A stretch of DNA of 64,000 bases from Rhizodiscina lignyota (Eukaryota). The stretch's first letter is position 1. Every line of letters begins with the position of its first letter. The notes beneath the pieces are model-generated. The model made no database searches. It had not been told where the DNA came from and saw only the letters and a list, made by a program, of their open reading frames with translations. A program made the translations under genes and the position numbers. Positions 46,825-57,554 of the stretch are shown piece by piece. The stretch lies in contig ML978127.1 of the NCBI GenBank assembly GCA_010015805.1, positions 558,001 through 622,000 on the forward strand. The letters are read 5' to 3'.

Positions 46825-48005
46825 GTTTATAAGTCGGCGAAATCTTTTAACAGGACGAAGAGTTCCGTTCGAAATTTGTTGAGAGCAAAGCTGGCGAAAT
46901 CGAAAAGGGACAGACAGCTAAGCCTCTTCCGACCTCCGCTCTTGGCAGTCCGGATTTGTGGCAGGTGTGGCGGCACTTCCCTAGGGTACCAGTATCATTA
47001 TTCTCCCTTTGAAGATTGACGGACGACCAATTGGCTCAGCGCCTTGCAAGTCTCAGTGAGGATAAATCGTGTTTCTTCCAGACGTCGTTGCACAATACAT
47101 CCACAGTCCTCAGTCATTGACGGCATACGAGTATGCGACATGTCGCCGTATTAGCCGTGGGAGTGGGAGAGTCTACTCCGTATCCCACAGGCAAATGCGA
47201 CAGTTGCGCAAGTAGTATGGAAAAAAAGCAAGTGTTTCACTGCCTTGGGCCCTGAGCTTACATGTGCGATTGCCTAACGAGCAGTGTGAAACAAGCGTAT
47301 ATCGATCCAGGCGATGATGGAAAGTGAGGCAAACCGCACGACACTTGGAAGTGTATAGTTTGCGCGTGTGAAGATGCAAGTTTAGGCACATGTATCGTTA
47401 CGCGACGCCTGTCGATGGGCGGCAATCCACAGATATGTCTCAAGAGCGATATGACTCACTGTGCGCGTAGGCTTGGAGGCTCAGAGGCTCTGCACAGGAC
47501 CACTGGATGCGCGTCAAGCTGACTGAGAGATATTCTAGGGTCCGAGAGGTTCGTTCGCACTCCCTCTGACCGGAGTCTTTGCCCATCTTGCCAGGCAACG
47601 GCTGGAGACGCAGTGAGCGATGGAAGGCCACAGCCTCGTCGAATCGCACCGAAGGCAAAGTCGGCAGTTTTCTGGATGCGCAATGGAAGCGCGGGAGACC
47701 AGGCTTCGTTGCTCATTGGGCGCATCATCCTGCATAGGGTTGAGCTGGGGGTTCCTACCTACCAGAGGCTGCCAGTGTTTCGCCTCAACGTCGACGTCGG
47801 CGTCGACCCCTATCGATAGGGAATCTCCAGTGGCCGTTATTTATGGCTTTGGACACAGCTGAGAAGAAGGGAAGCTCTGGGAGTCTCTCTCCTCGTCTGG
47901 GGGTCGACGAGTAGAGCGACGAATGTTACGTGGGATATCGGCTTATATCCTCGCACGAGGGGATACCAAATACGGCCAGAACTCGCCCAGTGGAAGCTCG
48001 CCCGG

Positions 48006-48179
48006 CAAGTGGGTGACAAAAAAGTTGAGTCGTGGCCGTAATACATCCAGCGTGAAGATGTATATACTCCTCCGTTAATATAGATTATACACACTAAAGC
48101 TGTGTACTTTAGATAAATACTATCTGATATATATTAAATCGAGCTTTCAGAGATGCTCTCGCCTGTGCTGAAGAACAAA
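48006..48179 (+). mobile_element. MITE-like repeat copy E (3'-truncated)
   Basis: Left TIR caagtgggtgacaaaaaagttgagtcg followed by an interior about 90% identical by eye to copy A; similarity stops at aagaacaaa. Confidence 0.85.
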
Positions 48180-48774
48180 GTGACAATATTAGCGCACGCA
48201 AAGAAACACGGAGTGTGAATGGGGAGCAGAAAAGCAACGAGTGAGCGACATATGCGCGCTCGTATGTGTGTGCTTTGCCTGGGCGCCGGAAGGAGCGCGG
48301 CGCAATTCCCTGGGGCGTGAGCGTGCCTTCCACTCTAAAAATTTTGCCTTTCACCCTTCAACCTCCCGTCACTTTCCATCAACACACCGGAAGGAATCAT
48401 CACGAGCGACTTCTTCCTCGATCGATCTTTCAGTAGATCGTTTTCCTGACTGCTGCTCGCACGCCTACAGCTGGCAGCGCGCGTTGTCGTTTGTGAGAGC
48501 GAGAGGCGCTCACACGGATTAATCGCAGCCCTTGCGATCGCTTTTTGCAAACACTCGCCAGCACACTTTTTTCTTCCCTCCTGGAGCTGCCACTCACTCT
48601 TTTGTCCATCGACAACTCTCCACTTTTCACGCGACACCACCCTCCGCATCGCATCCGCCTGAGTTTGACACTCCAGAGCCACGCGACTCCCCTAATATCA
48701 CTCCTGCGAGCGCCCTGACTTCACACGTCAATCGACATCACTCCTCCCATAAAGACTCATCCACACGAGCTCTA

Positions 48775-51700
48775 ATGACCAGCACCGTTTCCTCCGCGCC
48801 AACCCCCATCAGCAACGCCGCGCAGAATTCAAACAACGCCGCTTCCACCTCCGCATCGGGAACGACGTCGCCTTTGAGTGCTGTGCCGGCACAGCCCACT
48901 GCCCGTTCGTACGCCAGCGCGACAAAGAAGCAGCTTACTCCGCCAGCCATTGCTTCGAGTTCGCCGCCAGTGGCAGTGGGAGGTTCTCAGCCCGTTCAAC
49001 AACATGGCAAGTCGAACTCCATCTCGCCGGTGAACGGCAAGAACCCTATTCCGCCTGCGGTACCTTCTGTGGCGCCCGCCATCGTCAACAGCAGCAGTAT
49101 CGCAAACGGTTCTCCCGTGCACGCCGATCACAGCCGAAAGTCCTCTGTCACCATTTCCTCGTCACAAGGCTACATGCCGAACGGAGGCTCGGCCGGCTCA
49201 ACCAACCGCGCCAGCATCACTTTCGGTTCGATGAACGCGGGAGGCTCACCTGCCATTGCGAACAGTGTCCCACACAACCCGCAAAACACGCTCTCAACAC
49301 CTCCGGTCAGTAATCCTCGCATCACCTCACCTGCACATTCGCCTTCTCCCATTCCTACTCCTGCTGCAAGCGGTGGTCGACCTCCATCAAGTTTGCAAGG
49401 ACAGGGAATGGCGTTGAACTTTGGAAGCACCGGTGGAGATAACGAACAAGGCGTAAGTCTTCAAGCATGAGATTCAGGAATTTTATTCTAATACCCTCCA
49501 GATGCGCGCGGTATCTATGCCTCAAGGCCCTGCAGCATCCCTCGGCCCGCAATCGCAACATCTTCGCCGGGAATCATCGCAGTCCTCCCACAGTGACATG
49601 GGTGCGGGTAGCATGAACAACATGAACCGAGGTTTCAATCCTGGTGCAGGACGCGGGCGTGGTTATCAGCAGAATTTCCCTCAGATGATGCCATCGCCAG
49701 CTCCGCAGTATCGGCAACTCCATCCCGGACAGCAGCGCGGCGGCCCGCAGCCAATGCAGCCATATCCACAACCAGGAGCGCCGATTCGACACCCCAACTC
49801 GCCGTACCAGGCTAACCGAAGTCCCGCAATGGGCCATGCACAGCTGCAGCCACAGCCACATATGCCGAATGGTGCTCCCATGGTATACGGTTATCATCCG
49901 CAGCACCTTCAACCACAAGTAATTCAACCAATTTCATCACGCAGTAAATCAAGTTCGGCAGATTCTGCCAATTCTCGTTCAGAGAAGCAGGCGAGATATT
50001 CGACTGCGACTCACCAGCAGCTTGCAACTTTCCCAGCCTCTGCGACGCAGCATGAGCAACCGCAGGCGGCTTTTTTGCTTTCCTATCATGATGCATCCTT
50101 TGCTAATATTTTACCTCTCGTTAATGTCTCGCCTAAGCTAGGCGGTTATGAACACTATCTAACTTACATAAAGCCTCAGGTTGGCTATGGCATGCCACAA
50201 TTTGATCCTGCATATGCATATCAATATTCTGCTGCACCTTACATGCATCCGGGTATGCAGTATCATCCAGGTGCCCCACCGAGTCCTCGCCCACAGTTCA
50301 CTCCCGTTGCACACGGCCCACAACAGCCATACATGCAAGGCCAGTACGGCCCTCCCGCTCAGGCTATGGCACGCACGCCGTCTCAAGGACCCGAACGACC
50401 ACCCTCGACGCTCAACCAGCCATCGACGCCGTCGATGCAGCCGACAACGAGTCACACCCCGAGTCAGAATTCTGCTAGCCCTGCCCCTGCAGCCAACTCG
50501 AATTTCACAATTCCTGTCAAGGCGAAGAAGGGTATTATCATCAAGAACGCTCAGGGTGTGGTTGTTACCTTCGACAAGCAGACTGCTTCAGCAACCACCC
50601 CCTCCTCAGCGACTCTACCTCAACCACCTGCCGTCGTGTCCTCGACTCCAACACCACCTCCAAAGAGTGCAACACCTCAACAGGTCCAAACGGAGAAAGA
50701 GAGCCATCCTACGAAGACGAAAGAAGAGATTCAAGCAGAATTTAGGGAGAAGGCTTTGAGAGCTCAGAAAAGTGAGGAGCCTGAGGTTAAAGACGAGACA
50801 GCGAAACCGAAGGAAGAGACTCCTGCAGAGGCTCCTGCAGAAACCGCTGCAGAGACCCCTGCAGAGACTAAGGAAGAAGCTATCCCAGAGCCTGCCAAGG
50901 ATGAGCCTAAGCCCGAACCCGAGACTGCTGTTGAGGAGAAGGTGGAGGAGACACCCAAGCCTGAGATAACTACCGCAGAAGAGACTGAGGAAGAGAAGAA
51001 GAAGCGCGAGGACGAAGAGATGGAAAGGATCATTGCGGAAATGGAGGCAGCTGAAGCAGAAGAGGCAGAGCGGGAGAAACAGTTTGCGGAGAAGAGGAAG
51101 CGCGAGGCTGAAGAGAAGGCGAAGAAGGAGGCTGAGGCCAAGGCCAATGAGGATGAAGAATTGAAGCGACAAGAGGCGGAAGCTGAGGCTCTAGAGGAAG
51201 CCCGTGCGAAGGCTAGGAAGGAAGGCCCAGGTGCGGAAGAGGACTCTGAAGAGGCAAAGGCTGAACGACAGAAGCTTTTCGCGTCTCTGAAGCGACCAAC
51301 TCTCGGTCCTGGTGCCCTGGGTGCTTCTGCAGAGGATAGTGGTGCATCTACTCCAGCTTCAGAGGCGGCACCGACTCCACCACCGACGCAGCCACAGGTG
51401 CAGACCCCTACAATCAAGACTCCAGCTTCTGCTGCCAAGCCCAAACCTGCCGCTCTTAAGTTGGAAACCTCGAAGCCCATCGAACCAGCACAGCCTACTG
51501 CTGGCATGCAGTCCTTGAAGTCAGCTCGATTTCTCGAGGTGATGAAGGAGATAGCCTATCCTGAAGGAATTAAATCACCAAATCCGTCGCTCAATGTGGG
51601 CGGCCGCGGCAAGGGCCGTCAGTACGACAAGGACTTCTTGCTGCAATTCCAAGAAGTCTTCAAGGAGAAGCCTTCGGTCGATTGGGATAGTAAGGTGAAG

Positions 51701-53677
51701 GAGACAGTTGGAGATGGCTCAACGGATTCAGCACGCCCACAATCTGCGCGAACTCCTGCTGGCATGAGTCGCCAAGCTTCTCGAGGTGGTCTTTCAGGTA
51801 TGGGCGGCCCTGCCCAAATGGGCAGCTTTGGCGCTGGCCCACAAGGGCGCACACTTCCTCCAGGCACCACTTCTTCAGATCGCTTCAGGATGTCCATGCA
51901 GGGCCCACCACAGGGTATGCCACAAGGACTCGGCTCTTTTGGTCGTCCAGGCGCGGGCTTTCCTCAGCCTCCTATGATGGCTCGAAACCCATCGGCTTCG
52001 GGCTTCCAGCCTGCGCGCGGTCTTGATTCCCCGCGTACGGGTAGTTCTCGCGGTGGAAGGGGCAGTAAGAAGGCGAATCCACGCGAGGAACACGAGAGAC
52101 AAGCGAAGATGCCGCTCACTGCAGGCCAAGATCTCAAACCTCTCGAACAGTCCCACTCTGGATGGAAGGCATCCAGCCTCGGTGCTGTCAGTGGCCCAGC
52201 GCCACTTCCTGGGGGCCGTATGCCACCAGACATGGTACAGCGTAAGGTCAAATCCGCTCTCAACAAGATGACTCCGGAGAAGTTCGACAAGATTGCCGAC
52301 GACATTCTTGCAATCGCTGGTCAGTCGAGAGAGGAGACAGATGGAAGGACTCTTCGACAAGTCATTCAGTTGACGTTTGAGAAAGCCTGCGACGAAGCCC
52401 ATTGGGCGTCGATGTATGCCAAGTTCTGCAAGCGCATGCTTGAGACTATGAGCACGGAGATCAAGGACGAGAACGTCAAAGACAAGCACGGCAACCCAGT
52501 CGTTGGTGGAGCCTTGTTTAGGAAGTATCTTCTGAACCGCTGCCAAGAAGAATTCGAACGCGGCTGGGAAGTCGATCTGCCCGACAAGCCGGAAGGACAG
52601 TCCGAGGGGGCTGTCATGTTGTCCGACGAATACTACATCGCTGCTGCTGCTAAACGTCGTGGTCTTGGCCTCATCCAGTTCATCGGTGAATTGTTCAAGC
52701 TTCAAATGCTTACTGCTCGTATCATGCACGAGTGTGTGCTGAAGCTTCTCAATTTCGAAGGTCTGCCGGATGAGTCGGCCATTGAGAGTCTGGTGAAACT
52801 GCTAAGAACGATTGGGGCCACAATGGAGGCAACCGACAATGGTAAAGGCAAGAGCATGATGGATATGTACTTTGATCGCATTTCCAAGACCATGGCCATG
52901 CAAGGTTTGCCAAGCAGACTGACTTTCATGCTTATGGTAAGTTCTGAAAGCCACAACATCATGACAAGGTTACTGACCCTGAGCAGGACATTAGCGATCT
53001 AAGGGCTCATCATTGGAGATCCAAGGATGATGCCAAGGGTCCCAAGACCATCCAAGAGATTCACCAAGAAGCCGCGGCTGCGCAGCAGGCCCAGGAAATG
53101 GAGCGAGCGCGAAATGCTCAACGCCCCCGCCAACCGACTGGTCGTGGCGATGCTAGGTCGTTCTCTGGTGGCGGACACATGCCTCCACCGGATTATCCCC
53201 GCAACCAAGTCAATATGGCCGACCTGAAGAATCTGACCAGAGGCTCGAGCCGCAACGTTAGTTCTGGTCCGAGCAACTTTGGCCCATCGTCCTTGTTGTC
53301 AGGCTCGAGGAGCAACAGTGGTCGTAAAGGCTTAGGTCCGGGCTCTGCCCGAGCCGGTGAAGATTCGGGCATGTCCTCGAGGACTGGTACGCCGCCAGCG
53401 AAGGAGAAGGAATCAAGCACCTCCATGAATACATTCAGGTGAGTGCTGTTGCACACTGGACCCAATATAGAGACCTTGCTAATTTGAGTTCAGTGCACTT
53501 GCAGGTCTAGACGCTTCAGGCGAAGGAGCCGACGACGTGGCCTCTCCACCCTCTAATGCCTCCTCCCCTCCAGCCGTCAAGTCGACTCCAGCTGGCGCAG
53601 ACGCTCGCGCTCGCTCAAAGTCTCCAGCAGTTGGCGACGGCAAGAAGGATGGTACTGACGGAGCCGGAGAGCCTTGA
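48775..53677 (+). CDS. TIF4631: Translation initiation factor eIF4G
   Basis: eIF4E-binding YDKDFLL motif and MIF4G domain (VQRKVKSALNKMTPEKFD...RRGLGLIQFIGELFK). Introns 49453-49501, 49919-50179 (in frame), 52936-52987 and 53439-53492. Confidence 0.95.
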
Positions 53678-54764
53678 GAGATACCCCTTTTCGATTCCTC
53701 GACGTCGACATTCACGAATTTCGGCTCACCCTTCGATTCGACCTGTGCCATAGCTTATAGACCTGTGTTTAGCATTTTGCATCGTCTGCGACCATATCGG
53801 GACCTGACCGATTCAACTTTCTGTGTACTGAATTGCATTTTACGGAGGGGCCGCTTTTTCATCGTGTGTATTAAGAGTGGTCCATAAAAGTTCCTTTGCC
53901 GGGGTTTAGCGGAGCGGGTTTTCTCTAATTTGTTTCTTTCCTTCTGCAGCAAGATCCGGGGCTCGCGAGTTTGGGCATTTTCGGAGATCGGGCTTGGGTC
54001 GGCTGACTTTCCTCCTTTCTTCTCTTCAGGCGGAATGAGGAGGTTGCCTGTGTCCCTTCTAGCATCATCACGGTTGCGGAGCCATGGTGAACGTGCGAAC
54101 AGGGTGCGGGAAGGTCTGTCTGGCGGGATAGACGCGTCGTTGCACTGGCAGCGCGACGGAGCAGCCTTCTGAATCCTCGAATCCGTCCTTTTACACCTTA
54201 CGACGACTTTGCAATTCGACTCTGTGCTATAGTTTCACTCCATCATCGGCATTTTCATTCCTCTCTTTCGGCGGCAAGCAGGTGGCGAGGGGAGAACGCG
54301 CGAGTGGCACAGCGGAAACTGTCTGGCGACCGCTGCCACCGATGCTTTTTTTCTGGTGGGACGACTGGGAGAGCGAGGGTTCTATCTTGGGACCTAGCGA
54401 AGGGGCTTTACCTGCTTGCCGATTTGCTTTCTTCTTCTCAATGGGATGGATGGGAGGCTTTTGGACTGCGAGGGTATAGATTGTGCATAGTGCTCTTTTA
54501 ATGCCAACCATAAGTTTGCCAAATTTCATGTGCACGATGTGGTCTTTTTCAAGCATATAGTTCCCCATTTCATGGTATCTGTCTACAAAAGGCTTGATGA
54601 ATCTCGTGACGTGAAACACGCAATGTCGCCTGCACGCTGTAACCATGGCCTCAAAGTTATTACGAACACAAAGTGGAAGATTGAGTAATCACACGACCGG
54701 TCCCGTCCGTTAAACCATCCCGTGCTTTTCCCTGGAAGGCGCCTGTGCCATTAACGAAAGCCCT

Positions 54765-57160
54765 TCAGACGTCTGTCCCGCTGCTATGGAATGCGGCGCA
54801 GACCTGTGCGTACTGATGGGTGAGCTCCAGGACGTGCTGAGGAAGGCTTGTTGCTTGAACGATGCTCCGCACTTTGACGGCGCCTTCTTCTTCGATCAGC
54901 CGCCGTATTGTGTAGAGCATGTCCGGAGAAAACTGCAAGATTGTGTTAGGACAATTCTGTTCCAGGATATAGGAGTGGACTGGGAGGCTTACCTCAGAAT
55001 ACCACCGATATTGCCAGGTAACCAGCCGGATGAGAGCACCAAGGATCATCCTCACTTCACCATGCTTTTCGTACATCTTGAGTACACCTCTCATGGCCTT
55101 GGGACTGAATCGGATGCCTAAGCAGGCTTGATACGCCTCCACAGCCTCTTCCACATGGTGCAATCGGTCAGCCAACTCGCCCAGTATCTCCCACTCTTCA
55201 GCACTCTTCTTATAGACGAGCTGCTGTTGGCGATACTGCGCCATTTCCGTTCTCCAGATAGTATACACGCGCAAGTCTTCGTAGAGCACCATGAATAAGT
55301 TGTCCAGCCAGCGCTCACAGAGGCGCTTGTTGCGGAAAGGTGTAAAGTTGGAACTGTGCTCCTCGTTTGGCTCGTCGCTCCCGGCATGTACCACTTCTGA
55401 CGCTATGGTGTGCGCGGGCTTCTCAAGGTTTGGGGTTTTCGGTCTTGTTGACAAATTTTGTTCTGATGGTCCCCCGTTGAGGGCAGCTTCTCCTTGCGCT
55501 TTCTCCTTCGGCTCATCGGCAGAGTCTTCGTGGCCATTCGGTTGCGGGCCAGGACTCGGTGGTAAAGCCGTGGTGCTGACATTTCTACTATGCGTGGCTG
55601 AGTGTGTGAGCGTCTGCTTCTCGTGGCGATACTCCTCCTCCATAACGAAGACTTGACTTCTTATCTTGAGAAGCTGGTCCCAACCTATCTTCTTGGTAAT
55701 GTCGGTCAGTATGGTGTATGCTTTCAAGAAGGTTCCTTTGAAGTTCGCGGCGTGTAGCTTGCGCAATTGCGCATGCACCATGTCCATATCTCCTATTTGA
55801 GCATCGTCGATTTCGTCGCATATTGTTTCGGGCAGTATCGGCAAAGACACACGAGCGGGCTCTGGCATGCGCGGCGCATCCTTGTCTTGGTACGTGAACA
55901 TCGGACATGAGTTCAGTGTCAGAAGCGCAAGATCCCATTGCTCCAAGCTGACGTAGATTTCAGCCAGCCTCGCCCATGTCCCAAACTCGCTTGGAGCCGA
56001 AACTACGCTGCGCTTGGCGATCTCCAAGGCCAAGTCGCCACGACCTTTGCTGTCGCAGAACTCTGCCTGGCAATCCAATAACGAGTAGTCCATAGGGAGT
56101 TCTTGTATTGCCTCGTGGAGAAGTTGGACAGCCTTGACTTCTTCATCCGCAGCAATGTACACTCTTGCGAGTAGCGACGATATTTCGGGGTCCCTTGTGC
56201 GCAACTTTTCGAACAAGTTTATCCCTGAAGCGTAGCGCCCTGTTGTTCGGATATATTCGAGGAGGCCGGTGGTGAGATGGTTGGATACGAGGTTTGGTAC
56301 TTGGATTTCAGGATCTGAGCCGAGTTGCCAACCTACGTAGAGCTTAGTGTCTTGCCAGGATCCAACTTAGACGGACAGGAATATACCATTGAAGAAAAGA
56401 CGCTCCGCAGCCTCGAGGAACTTGTGCTCCGCCTCTGTCGTGGTTATTGGGTTGAACCTCCGCACGCCAACTATTTTCTTGATCGTGTCGCCTGATCCGT
56501 TGTCTGCGTAGGAGTATGCGCGCAAGACGCTGCATAGGTAAGTTTCGAGCCATAGGTCGTCGGATGCCACGAGCTTTTCGCCTCGTTCGTTGATGCAGTA
56601 CGCTTCGACGCCGCCAGGTATTGCTACCTGGACTCTCATGTCCAGTCGAGAGAAAGCATTATAGCAACTTGGGTGGTCAGCTTCCTCGCTCATATTCTAA
56701 GAGCTGTTCGCATACCAGAACAGACCAGAGACCACCTTGTGTGTCTTGTCATTGGGGCCAAAGGTGAGAGTATTGATGTAGGCTGCTAAGCTGGCCGAGG
56801 AGGACGCGTCGATGCCGGTGACATGGTGATATACACCAATCTGGGTCTATAAGCAATTGTTCCAATACGCGCCTGCTCTTGGCTCGGGGCTGCTCCATAC
56901 CTGCTTGTTCTGCGACTTGATGGGGGACTTAATAAGGTGCACGAGGTCTGGCGGCCCCAATTCCCGGAGCCCTTGGAGAGTATCCGTCCGGGCATCTACG
57001 ACCGTCTGGATTTCATCCTCGAAAATCCTGCGGACTATACATTAGTCGCGAGTCTACAAGCTTCAAAAAGTGGCTGTTCGAGGGCGAGACTCGAGGCGCA
57101 CAGGGCAGGCCTGATGCAAGTAGGAAGGACTTACTCCGGCACGGCCGGGGAGATGACCAT
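54765..57160 (-). CDS. BCH1: Exomer cargo adaptor, ChAPs family (Bch1/Bud7/Chs6), multi-exon
   Basis: LRELGPPDLVHL, GIDASSSASLAAY, CYNAFSRLD, LWLETYLCSVLR, ALLTLNSCPM and KRLCERWLDNLFMVLYEDLR; TPR-like repeats. Confidence 0.9.
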
Positions 57161-57554
57161 TGCTCAAGGTTATAATGAGAGCATTGATCTTCGGAAGGAG
57201 TCGAGGGGAGCGTGATCTGGGTTGTGCAGCTGTGTCGCGGTTTGCAGAATAAGTGAAAGTTGGCCGCCAAAACTGGCACACGCCTTGCCAAGGCCTAGGT
57301 ACGGAGGACGCTAGAGTAAGTGGAAGCTCGCTAGGCGCAACACCGCAGCTCCATGTCGCGCTTTCGTCACAGAGTTCATCCTTCATCTCTCGACAGCGCA
57401 CCGTATCGTCAACATTGCCCACCAATAGCCGATGCTCCAGGCTCACGCGACCACTGTGTTTGCGGTTTCTGGGGTGGACAGCCGTGGACGAGGCCGGTGT
57501 TAGCCGTCTCGACAAAGCGCCGCTGCGCTCTTGACACGAGCTTCAACTTGTAAA

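Noticed and set aside
47790..47909. GTCGAC-rich palindrome and a 10-bp inverted repeat CGTCGACCCC/GGGGTCGACG
   Set aside because: Short, single-copy, with no TSD or further pairing; compatible with chance.
50615..51507. Long antisense ORFs over eIF4G, and similar ones over DAC1, NGS1, HIR3 and the DUF3712 gene
   Set aside because: Shadow ORFs caused by codon bias of the sense genes.
54765..57160. ChAPs (chitin synthase export) gene as an extension of the GlcNAc cluster
   Set aside because: It is separated from DAC1 by about 15 kb and four unrelated housekeeping genes; the link is thematic only.
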